Position numbers and translations under genes: made by a program. Below are positions 24,825 through 31,789 of a DNA stretch of 32,000 nt, piece after piece. This DNA is from Candidatus Saccharimonadota bacterium. Its GTDB lineage: Archaea; Nanohalarchaeota; Nanosalinia; Nanosalinales; Nanosalinaceae. A model generated the notes under the pieces. The model worked only from the letters and a program-made list of their open reading frames with translations, had not been told where the DNA came from and ran no database searches. Within the stretch, counting starts at the first letter, position 1, and every line of letters begins with the position of its first letter. The stretch is taken from NCBI GenBank assembly GCA_001761425.1, contig CP012986.1, positions 240,001 through 272,000 on the forward strand, given 5' to 3'.

Positions 24825-25682
24825 ATGGACAGGGAACAGGTAGCAGAACAGATCTTCCAGGCAGTAGCTCAGGCAGCACCGCATATCCGTTCAGGTCTTC
24901 TACACAGGAGAGAGTACGTCGGCGAGGAGAACCCGAGCAGTGAACGGCAGATGGAGGCAGATGTCTGGGCTAACGAACTTCTGAAGGAAAAGATTACCAA
25001 CATAGAAGGAGTGGGCGAACTAGCTTCAGAGGAAGAGGAAGAAGTCATCCAGTGCGGTGAAGGCCTCTCAATTTCTATGGATCCTCTGGATGGAAGTTCG
25101 AACATCCCTACAAATAATCTTATCGGTACTATAATCGGTATCTACGACAAGGAACTTCCTACGGAAGGTGAAAACATATTTGAGGCCTTCTATGTTGTCT
25201 ACGGGCCTCTGATCTCTGTCATGCGTACCGAGGGCGATCAGCTGAATGAGTACGTGCTGGAGGAAAAATCCGGGGACAGAGTTGAGCCTCATCTTGCCTC
25301 GGAAGATATCAGAATCCCTGAGCCGTATGTCTACGGCTTTGGAGGTAACAGAAACTGGACAGAAGACTTCAGAAAGTTCCACGATGAGATCTCGGAGGAA
25401 ATGAAGCTGCGTTACGGTGGTGCGATGGTCGGCGACGTCAACCAGGTTCTGCATCAGGGAGGCCTGTTCGCCTATCCTGCCAGGAAAGATGCACCTGAAG
25501 GCAAACTCCGCCTCCTGTTCGAAGCCAGTCCGATAGCCTACATCTTCAAGGTAGCAGGCGGAGCATCTACTGACACAGAGCAGTCGATACTGGAAAAAGA
25601 GGCAGAAAGCCTTCACGAGAGAACACCGCTTTACCTGGGCAATAAAAAGCTTATAGAGAAAGCTGAGAAGGAATTAAATTAG
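24825..25682 (+). CDS. fbp: fructose-1,6-bisphosphatase, class I
   Basis: Metal-binding motif DPLDGSSN, EEEEE loop, YGGAMVGDVNQVL and EASPIAYIFKVAGG. Confidence 0.9.
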   Translation: MDREQVAEQIFQAVAQAAPHIRSGLLHRREYVGEENPSSERQMEADVWANELLKEKITNIEGVGELASEEEEEVIQCGEGLSISMDPLDGSSNIPTNNLIGTIIGIYDKELPTEGENIFEAFYVVYGPLISVMRTEGDQLNEYVLEEKSGDRVEPHLASEDIRIPEPYVYGFGGNRNWTEDFRKFHDEISEEMKLRYGGAMVGDVNQVLHQGGLFAYPARKDAPEGKLRLLFEASPIAYIFKVAGGASTDTEQSILEKEAESLHERTPLYLGNKKLIEKAEKELN

Positions 25683-25704
25683 CTCTTTGCCTTTTCAGAC
25701 AGGT

Positions 25705-28700
25705 TTAGAAGTAGTCGAGAACGTTTTCCCGGTCGAAGATGTTTTCCTCGCCGACCTGTTTCTTCAGTTTCTTCGCAGTCCTCTTTCCTATCAGCTTCTT
25801 CATTTTCTCGAACTCTACTTCACGTATATCTTCCTGATCTCTTACTCCGTGATCATGAAGTTTTCTAGCTCTTACGCGGCCGATCTGATCGTACTTTACA
25901 AGGCCTAGAAGCTCCTCCTTGATGCCGTGTTTCAGTCTCAGTCTTATCTTTTCCAGGTCCTGTCCAAGTTCGAGTTCTTTCATCCTGGCCAGTTCCTGTG
26001 CTCCGTACACCAGCCAGTCAGCGTTCCGCATCTTTGCGCGGATCCCTCCTGGTGCAGTACCGTACTCGTTCATTATTTTTTCCTCATCTTTCTCCCCGAT
26101 CCACGCTTTCATCATCATCGAGGTCTTTATCACACGCATGAAACGTTCATAGTCCACATCCCATTCTTCCGGAACCGATTCAAGAATGTATTTTTCAGCA
26201 TCCAGTAAGGCCTGTTCGATTTCAGTCCACTCCTCATCTCCCACACGCAGCAGAGGGTTCATCTCTGTAGTCCTCGAAAGCATGAACAGGTAGGAAATAG
26301 CCTTGTTTTCCTTTTCATCCTTCCTTCGCTCCTCCGCTGTCTGAAGACACTCCAGCATATGATGTGCGGAGTCAGGATCAATATAAAGCTCGGAGACCCG
26401 GTGACCGACCTTTGTCGCCTCCAGGGTATCTTCTTTCAAGAACTCGTAATCTCTCAAGGTCTTGACAACATCCTTGATAGTCTTCTCCACCTCGTACATA
26501 CCCGAAGACTCTCCAGAGTCCTCTGGTTCCGCAAACTGGTAGGCGTAAAACGTCTTCTTGTAAAAATTCACAAGCCCCTCCATTGTCGTGCAGAAGTTAG
26601 AAGCCACCAGAGAAAGCGTATGCATACGGAGGACAGGTTCAACAGCCAGCTTTGACTGGATACGCTCCGGCTCCCCCAGGATATACCTGTCCAGGATCTC
26701 TTCTTTCATACCGGGCTGTTTCGCGACAGAAATCGCCTCACCACGGTCATCGTACCTAGGCCTCCCGGCACGACCTGTCATCTGCTCGTATTCCAGGACC
26801 GGGATAAAATCCATGCCGTTGCCTGTATAACGCTTCAGGTCACGGATTATAACCCGGAAAGCAGGAAGATTAACGCCAGCAGCGAGTGTAGGTGTCGCTG
26901 AGACGCTTTTTATCAGGCCTTTGCGGAAAGCCTCTTCCACTAGATTTCTCTGTTCTGTGGTATTGTGTGCTATTATCCCGTTGGCTATGAAGTTTTCTGT
27001 GGAGGTGCTGATATCGTACAGTTTTTCTGGTTCTTTTTCCTCTATTTCAGCAATTTTATCCCAGAAAATATCGGAGTTTGCTATTTTCTGGAGTTCTTTA
27101 CTTTCAAGTTTCTCTGCTAGTTTCTGAAATGTTTCTCTCCTTATCGGCTTCTTTTGGTTCTCGAACCTTGATACTGTAGCCTTTGATAGTTCAGGTTCAA
27201 GGTCTAAAAGGCTAAGACCCTGATTGTTTCTTTCTTTTCTTACTCTAGTGCCAAGTGTTTCAGGTATCACATCGTTCTGTTTTCTTCCTCCTTCAGGATT
27301 TATTTCTAGGGCTTTTTCGAGCTTTGATCTTTTCACTGGATGTGTGAAACCTATCTTTTCTTGGTACTTCCTGATTTGATCAGAACCGTATATTTTAAGC
27401 CGGTGAATATCTCCGTTTGAAGTAATTTTGTGTTCTCCTATCTCTGTCTCTCGTCCTTCTGTTTCTCTCCTGTCTCTGTGAGCGTTTATTTCTAATCTGA
27501 GGAGGGACGTATGTAGTTCGGTGGCAAGCTGCTTGCTTGCGGTGTAAAACTCGATGCAGGAAGCTCCTTCGGCATTCCTTCGGCAATTAACGGAACCGTC
27601 TGTGTCAAAGAGACCTCTGATATACGACGCCAGAAGCTCATCCGGAAGGCCTTTCTCTGGCATCTTGAGATTCAGAGCTTTCTTCCCTCTTGGTATTCCA
27701 AAGTGATCGTTTAAAATATCGGATACTGCTTTGGAGCTGAAATGACAGGTTTTAACTTCGTCTTTTGTTCTTTTGGTGACTGAGACATCTTTCTCAAATT
27801 TCTCTTTTGTTACTTCCTGGTATCTTTCCAGAACTGTTTCTTCGCTTCCGCTCAGGTTTATCCTGCTTGATTTTATATAACCGTCTCCCGCTACAGCACC
27901 AATCAGCCAGGCCAAGTCTTTATCCAGTTTTTCAGGTATCTTAACAGGTTTCCGCCCGGCTTTGGACATCACTGTGTCAAGATACTGGTCTGGATCTTCT
28001 CCTATCTTTTCACATATCTCTCTCAGACCGCCAACTGAAATGTTCCTATCATCTCCATATCTTTTCCGGAAATTCTGTTCAAGGCCTTCAGTATCGATGT
28101 CTTTAACTAATCTATCTATTTCACTATACTTTCTGTATGTCCTTACTTCATCTCTAAGCAGTTTTCTCAATTTCGGAGCCTCAATATCTACTTTAATCTC
28201 TCTAGGCGTCGCTATTCTCTCGTTTTCACGTAGGTTCTTCGCCTTCCTCCAGATCAGACCTTCTTCATCAAGTACGGGAAGCTGATGGCTCTTGCTAACC
28301 TTCAATTCCCTACCTCTCCCAGTTCTAATCTTTAAAACTGGTTTTTCGTTCATTTCATACTTTTCCAGTATCTCATTATCTGCTAAACTATAGTCTGAGA
28401 GGCCTATAGCACTTTCCTTCTCGTTATCCACGAGTTCATCCATCCTGGAAAAACTGCCGTCATCATGCATAATTACAGAATCTCCCGAAACACAGAGCCC
28501 TGCGTGGTGGAAAGCCGCTCCTTTCCTGACATTTTCCGCCAAACGTTCACATTGAGACGTTGGATTCCCCAGAACGTTCAGAATTTTTTCGGAGTATTCT
28601 TTCAGTTCCTTTCTCTCATCTCTGGAGAGTTCTGGTTCAACGACTTTTCCCGCTCTGTCCGAGGCCTTTTCCGCTCCTTTCCTTGATGAGCAGAAGGTGA

Positions 28701-29538
28701 TGGCCTGTTTATCTTTACTGAGAGTATCTTCGATTACGTTCAGTGTTCCACGGCCGTGTTCATCCTCTAACTCGACGATCTCGGATTCTTCCTCGATTTC
28801 ATCCTCCTTCTCCTTTATCTCTGTTCCTCTGGACCAGCCGTCAGGAGTCTCAAGATCAGAGTTCTCAGGTTTCTCATAGCCGTCAGGATAAAACTCTATT
28901 TCACTGTCCCAGTAAACGCCGTGGGAAAGATCTACAGGCCTGTAATCGCTTTCTACAAGCTCTGCGCCCAGCCAGTCCGCCAACTGATCAGAGTTAGATA
29001 TCGTGGCCGATAGACCAAGGAGCTGGAAATCAAGTAATTCACGCAGTCTGGTAATCGTCACTTCAAGCGTAGGCCCTCTGCTCTCCGATGTCAAAAGATG
29101 TATCTCATCCACTACTACAAGGCCTATCTCGCTGATCCACGAAGGATTATGCCGGAGCATCGAATCCAGCTTTTCAGACGTCACAACCACTATATCAGCG
29201 GTCTCAAGGCCTTTACCCTTATCATCCAGATCTCCAACCGAAATCCTGACATCCAGGTCCCCATATCTCTCAGAAAAATCCTCATACTTCTCACTGGCCA
29301 AGGCCTTCAACGGAACAATATACACCGCCGTCTTACCGTTTTCCTTAACCTGGTTGACCATCGCAAGCTCCGCAATAAAAGTCTTGCCTGAAGCAGTAGG
29401 AGAAGCCACAATCATATCCTCACCCTCCATAAGGCCTTGATCAACCGCCATCCTCTGGGGAGGATTCAACTCGGTGATGCCTGAAGACACATAATCCTCC
29501 TCTATACGCTCCGGCAGATCCAGGTTTGAAACTTTCAC
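25705..29538 (-). CDS. hel308: Hel308/Ski2-like DNA helicase interrupted by one intein (extein about 766-785 aa)
   Basis: Walker A ASPTASGKTFIAE, DEIH box VVVDEIHLL, LGLSAT, AFHHAGL|intein|TTEQRNLVEEAFRKGLIKSVSATPTLAAGVNLPA and QMTGRAGRP. The C-terminal winged-helix/ratchet/HhH region ends ...GIKEELLGLVKYDQIGRVRARKL. The start is either GTG 29538 (MKVSNLDLPERIEE..., typical Hel308 N-terminus) or ATG 29595 (ORF track). Confidence 0.9.
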   Translation of the reverse strand: MKVSNLDLPERIEEDYVSSGITELNPPQRMAVDQGLMEGEDMIVASPTASGKTFIAELAMVNQVKENGKTAVYIVPLKALASEKYEDFSERYGDLDVRISVGDLDDKGKGLETADIVVVTSEKLDSMLRHNPSWISEIGLVVVDEIHLLTSESRGPTLEVTITRLRELLDFQLLGLSATISNSDQLADWLGAELVESDYRPVDLSHGVYWDSEIEFYPDGYEKPENSDLETPDGWSRGTEIKEKEDEIEEESEIVELEDEHGRGTLNVIEDTLSKDKQAITFCSSRKGAEKASDRAGKVVEPELSRDERKELKEYSEKILNVLGNPTSQCERLAENVRKGAAFHHAGLCVSGDSVIMHDDGSFSRMDELVDNEKESAIGLSDYSLADNEILEKYEMNEKPVLKIRTGRGRELKVSKSHQLPVLDEEGLIWRKAKNLRENERIATPREIKVDIEAPKLRKLLRDEVRTYRKYSEIDRLVKDIDTEGLEQNFRKRYGDDRNISVGGLREICEKIGEDPDQYLDTVMSKAGRKPVKIPEKLDKDLAWLIGAVAGDGYIKSSRINLSGSEETVLERYQEVTKEKFEKDVSVTKRTKDEVKTCHFSSKAVSDILNDHFGIPRGKKALNLKMPEKGLPDELLASYIRGLFDTDGSVNCRRNAEGASCIEFYTASKQLATELHTSLLRLEINAHRDRRETEGRETEIGEHKITSNGDIHRLKIYGSDQIRKYQEKIGFTHPVKRSKLEKALEINPEGGRKQNDVIPETLGTRVRKERNNQGLSLLDLEPELSKATVSRFENQKKPIRRETFQKLAEKLESKELQKIANSDIFWDKIAEIEEKEPEKLYDISTSTENFIANGIIAHNTTEQRNLVEEAFRKGLIKSVSATPTLAAGVNLPAFRVIIRDLKRYTGNGMDFIPVLEYEQMTGRAGRPRYDDRGEAISVAKQPGMKEEILDRYILGEPERIQSKLAVEPVLRMHTLSLVASNFCTTMEGLVNFYKKTFYAYQFAEPEDSGESSGMYEVEKTIKDVVKTLRDYEFLKEDTLEATKVGHRVSELYIDPDSAHHMLECLQTAEERRKDEKENKAISYLFMLSRTTEMNPLLRVGDEEWTEIEQALLDAEKYILESVPEEWDVDYERFMRVIKTSMMMKAWIGEKDEEKIMNEYGTAPGGIRAKMRNADWLVYGAQELARMKELELGQDLEKIRLRLKHGIKEELLGLVKYDQIGRVRARKLHDHGVRDQEDIREVEFEKMKKLIGKRTAKKLKKQVGEENIFDRENVLDYF
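26962..28494 (-). mobile_element. intein (511 aa) with a LAGLIDADG homing-endonuclease domain and an XRE-type HTH
   Basis: I mapped the junctions codon by codon. Cys1 (TGT) is at 28494-28492, right after HHAGL. The terminal His-Asn is ...GIIAHN, with Asn at 26964-26962, and the +1 residue is Thr at 26961-26959. A block B-like motif is KVSKSH. The two LAGLIDADG motifs are LAWLIGAVAGDGYI and LASYIRGLFDTDGSV. Removing the intein restores the canonical AFHHAGL-TTEQRNLVEEAF. Confidence 0.9.
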
Positions 29539-29574
29539 AGAAAAAAATACGGCTGAAACCTTATGTTTCAAACC
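29523..29574. repeat. perfect 10-bp inverted repeat (GGTTTGAAAC ... GTTTCAAACC) with a 32-nt spacer bracketing the candidate GTG start of hel308
   Basis: Read directly from the sequence: 29523-29532 is the reverse complement of 29565-29574. Confidence 0.6.
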
Positions 29575-29847
29575 CGATACCACAAACCTACACAAACACC
29601 TTCAAACATTCACGTAAAAAAGAGGCCAAAATCAGATCAAGAAAGGAAAAAACCCACGCTAAGGCCTTCGCACAACATGTATCCTCCGCTCCACACTTTC
29701 TACATCTGAAAAAGGTATGTAACAGTTTATCACATATCCAATATCACCTTAGGGGGAGACAAGTGAAAAAGTCAGATTCAACTAATTATTTTCATCCCAC
29801 ATATTCATCTAAAACCCTTTCTAACCACACAAACTCGGATTCCGACC

Positions 29848-29855
29848 GGAGGTGA
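29848..29855 (+). promoter_or_regulatory. strong Shine-Dalgarno sequence GGAGGTGA
   Basis: 8-nt match to the complement of the conserved 16S rRNA 3' end, 8 nt upstream of the ATG at 29864. Confidence 0.6.
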
Positions 29856-29863
29856 AATTTAAT

Positions 29864-31186
29864 ATGAAAGAACACGCAAAAAAGGCCTTGAAACACGACT
29901 TTGAAGTCGCAGGCAAGACCATTCCAACACTCGCAGTAATAGCACTCCTATTCGTAGGAACAGGATCAGCAGCACTACTGAGCAGCTTCGGAACAGTTTC
30001 AGGTACAGCAGATGTAGATCAGGCAGTAGAGCTTACTGGAGGTTCTGACTTCAGCTTCGATACCAACCAGGCTGGAGAGACAGTAATCGAGACAAGAACT
30101 CTACAGAGCAACGCAGATGTCTCTACACAGATCGGATTCGAGACAACCTGTAATGGCACTACTGAAACTACAAACCCTGCGGACTTCAGCGGAGATTGTA
30201 AAGGAATCGACACACGGTACGTCGAGTACTTTGACGATGCAGGACATGAATTTAGTGATTATAGTCATCAATCAGGAACTCCAGTAACCTCTGACCTTCA
30301 AACTGCAATTAACAAAGCATCGTCAGGAGACGTCCTAGTTGTAGAAGAAAATGGAGGCTACAATAATGTAACAGTCAACAAGTCTATAACTATTGTAGCT
30401 AAGAATCAGGGAGGTCCAACTGTTGATGGATTCGACATTAGTGCCAGTGACGTAACTGTCAAAGGTTTCAACATCACCGATGGATTTGAGGCCCAAAACT
30501 CTGGAAACTTTGTAGGAGTCAGAGTAAACAATGACGGCGACAATGCCGTTATTACCCACAACCACATCCACGGTATCAGTGGTTCTGGAGCGACGAAGGG
30601 AGTTCAGGTATTCCGGGGCGACGCAGCAGTTAGAAATAACCACATTGAAGGAATTGAATCGACAGGAAGTGGTGCTTATGGGGTACTGGTTCAGCACGAC
30701 TCAAAAGATGCGACTGTGTCTCAGAACACTGTTGAAGGAGTAAACGGTGTCTGGGCTTTCGGAGTTGATATTGATGATGCAGCGACAGGTGACGGAACGA
30801 CTGGATCGCCAAGCAATGCGTTGGTAGAGTACAACCACATTGACACAGTTACAGGGGATAGTTACCTTGGAACTGCAGTAGGTGTAGAAGCTGCAGCTTC
30901 ACCGGTCGATGTTCAAAACAACATCATGCTGACCGCAAGTGACATAGAGAGCAAGAACGATGTCACTGTGAACGCTAGCAACAACTGGTTTGGAACCGAC
31001 GGCATCAATCTAGATCAACAGGATTCAAGCACCATAGATGCCTCATGGGCTGACGCAGACACAACAGTTGAAGCTAACTCTGATGACAAGTTCGGTATTG
31101 TCAACGAGTTCGCTATCAATCTCAAGCCTGACACTTACAGCTTGACTACAAGCATCACTGCAGCAGGAGCTGAAGAAACGCCTTAA
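29864..31186 (+). CDS. secreted/surface protein with right-handed parallel beta-helix (PbH1) repeats
   Basis: N-terminal hydrophobic segment (IPTLAVIALLFVGTG) followed by SAALLSSFGTVSGTADV. Repeated about 22-25-aa units follow (ITHNHIHGISGSG / VRNNHIEGIESTG / VSQNTVEGVNGV / VEYNHIDTVTGD / VQNNIM). The composition is Thr/Asn/Gly/Val-rich. ATG 29864 is preferred over the ORF-track GTG 29852 because of the SD spacing. Confidence 0.75.
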   Translation: MKEHAKKALKHDFEVAGKTIPTLAVIALLFVGTGSAALLSSFGTVSGTADVDQAVELTGGSDFSFDTNQAGETVIETRTLQSNADVSTQIGFETTCNGTTETTNPADFSGDCKGIDTRYVEYFDDAGHEFSDYSHQSGTPVTSDLQTAINKASSGDVLVVEENGGYNNVTVNKSITIVAKNQGGPTVDGFDISASDVTVKGFNITDGFEAQNSGNFVGVRVNNDGDNAVITHNHIHGISGSGATKGVQVFRGDAAVRNNHIEGIESTGSGAYGVLVQHDSKDATVSQNTVEGVNGVWAFGVDIDDAATGDGTTGSPSNALVEYNHIDTVTGDSYLGTAVGVEAAASPVDVQNNIMLTASDIESKNDVTVNASNNWFGTDGINLDQQDSSTIDASWADADTTVEANSDDKFGIVNEFAINLKPDTYSLTTSITAAGAEETP

Positions 31187-31189
31187 TTT

Positions 31190-31214
31190 CCCTCTCTTTT
31201 TTATTTTTGAGAGG
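31190..31214 (+). terminator. hairpin plus oligo-T terminator after the beta-helix gene
   Basis: CCTCTC (31191-31196) pairs with GAGAGG (31209-31214) around the loop TTTTTTATTTTT. It begins 4 nt after the TAA stop. Confidence 0.5.
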
Positions 31215-31321
31215 CTCGGCGAACCGCAAGGTTTGACCGGTTTAGAAAACCTGCAAAGGTTTTCGTGTGAGCGGTGCTGGTGTCTTTGTCCGGTGTTCGA
31301 TTCCCGGAGCCGCTTTCAATC

Positions 31322-31789
31322 ATGAAGTATGCAAAAATCCTGGCAGTTTTCGCAGCACTAGCCCTAGCCGGAGCAGGTTCAGCAACCTTGCTGAATAGTT
31401 TTGGTACGATCAGTGGTACTGCTGATGTTAGGCCTGCTTTGAATATTACGGATGTAGGTAATGTTTCGAATGAGGAGGAGTATGTTAATCTGACTAGTCA
31501 GACTTCTGTTTCGGTTGATATTTCGCATCTAAGTATCGCTGATGAAGGAGGAAGTTATGATGTGTTAAATAATTCTGAGAACAGTGTTGTTGAGTTAGGT
31601 GAGAAGGTTGTAGTTACAGATAATTCTGTCTCGACCTCTGAAGTTGAGTCGTGGTTTGGAACTTCGGTACTGCATCTTACAACTGACGATAGTGCTATAG
31701 GTGCAGGCCTTAATCAGAATGTCGATACTGTTTATCTCAAAATCGATGACACAGTTGTAGATTCTTTCAGTTATGGTGATTCATCATGA
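31322..31789 (+). CDS. secreted protein with a lamin-tail-domain (LTD)-like C-terminal domain
   Basis: Signal-like N-terminus MKYAKILAVFAALALAGAG followed by SATLLNSFGTISGTADV. The remainder fits the LTD pattern (EEEYVNLTS...VDISHLSIADEGG...VELGEKVVVTDN...GLNQNVDTVYLKIDDTVVDSFSYGD). ATG 31322 is preferred over the ORF-track start at 31274. Confidence 0.65.
   Translation: MKYAKILAVFAALALAGAGSATLLNSFGTISGTADVRPALNITDVGNVSNEEEYVNLTSQTSVSVDISHLSIADEGGSYDVLNNSENSVVELGEKVVVTDNSVSTSEVESWFGTSVLHLTTDDSAIGAGLNQNVDTVYLKIDDTVVDSFSYGDSS

Noticed and set aside
25705-29595. A large helicase as a possible defence-system component (a standalone SF2 helicase next to an endonuclease domain and an HTH).
   Set aside because: All helicase motifs and the C-terminal ratchet/HhH region match housekeeping Hel308. 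The endonuclease and HTH belong to an in-frame intein with clean splice junctions, not to separate defence genes. No nuclease, methylase or toxin partners flank it.
29526-29855. 109-aa ORF (+) filling the hel308/surface-gene intergenic region.
   Set aside because: Its product is very basic and low-complexity (K/S/H/T-rich), in contrast to the acidic proteome. It overlaps the hel308 5' end and runs into the SD of the next gene. The region is better explained as promoter and 5' leader.
31271-31316. tRNA-like fragment: GTTCGATTC resembles a T-loop, flanked by GCGGTGC ... GAGCCGC which could pair like an acceptor stem. It could be an integration-site remnant.
   Set aside because: With G53-C61 registered on the T-loop, the T-stem has several mismatches. 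The alternative stem TCCGG/CCGGA leaves a 10-nt loop. There is no D-arm or anticodon arm (only about 45 nt in total), and I found no matching direct repeat elsewhere in the window. It is most likely a chance resemblance within the 5' region of the LTD gene.
29882-31432. An about 1.55-kb stretch with no AGGCCT, covering the beta-helix surface gene. This could indicate a horizontally acquired island.
   Set aside because: With a mean spacing of about 254 bp, a gap this long has probability about e^-6 per interval. With about 125 intervals, roughly 0.3 such gaps are expected by chance, so it is not significant. The protein is also poor in the Arg, Leu, Glu and Lys contexts that host the motif. 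No flanking repeats or integrase are present.
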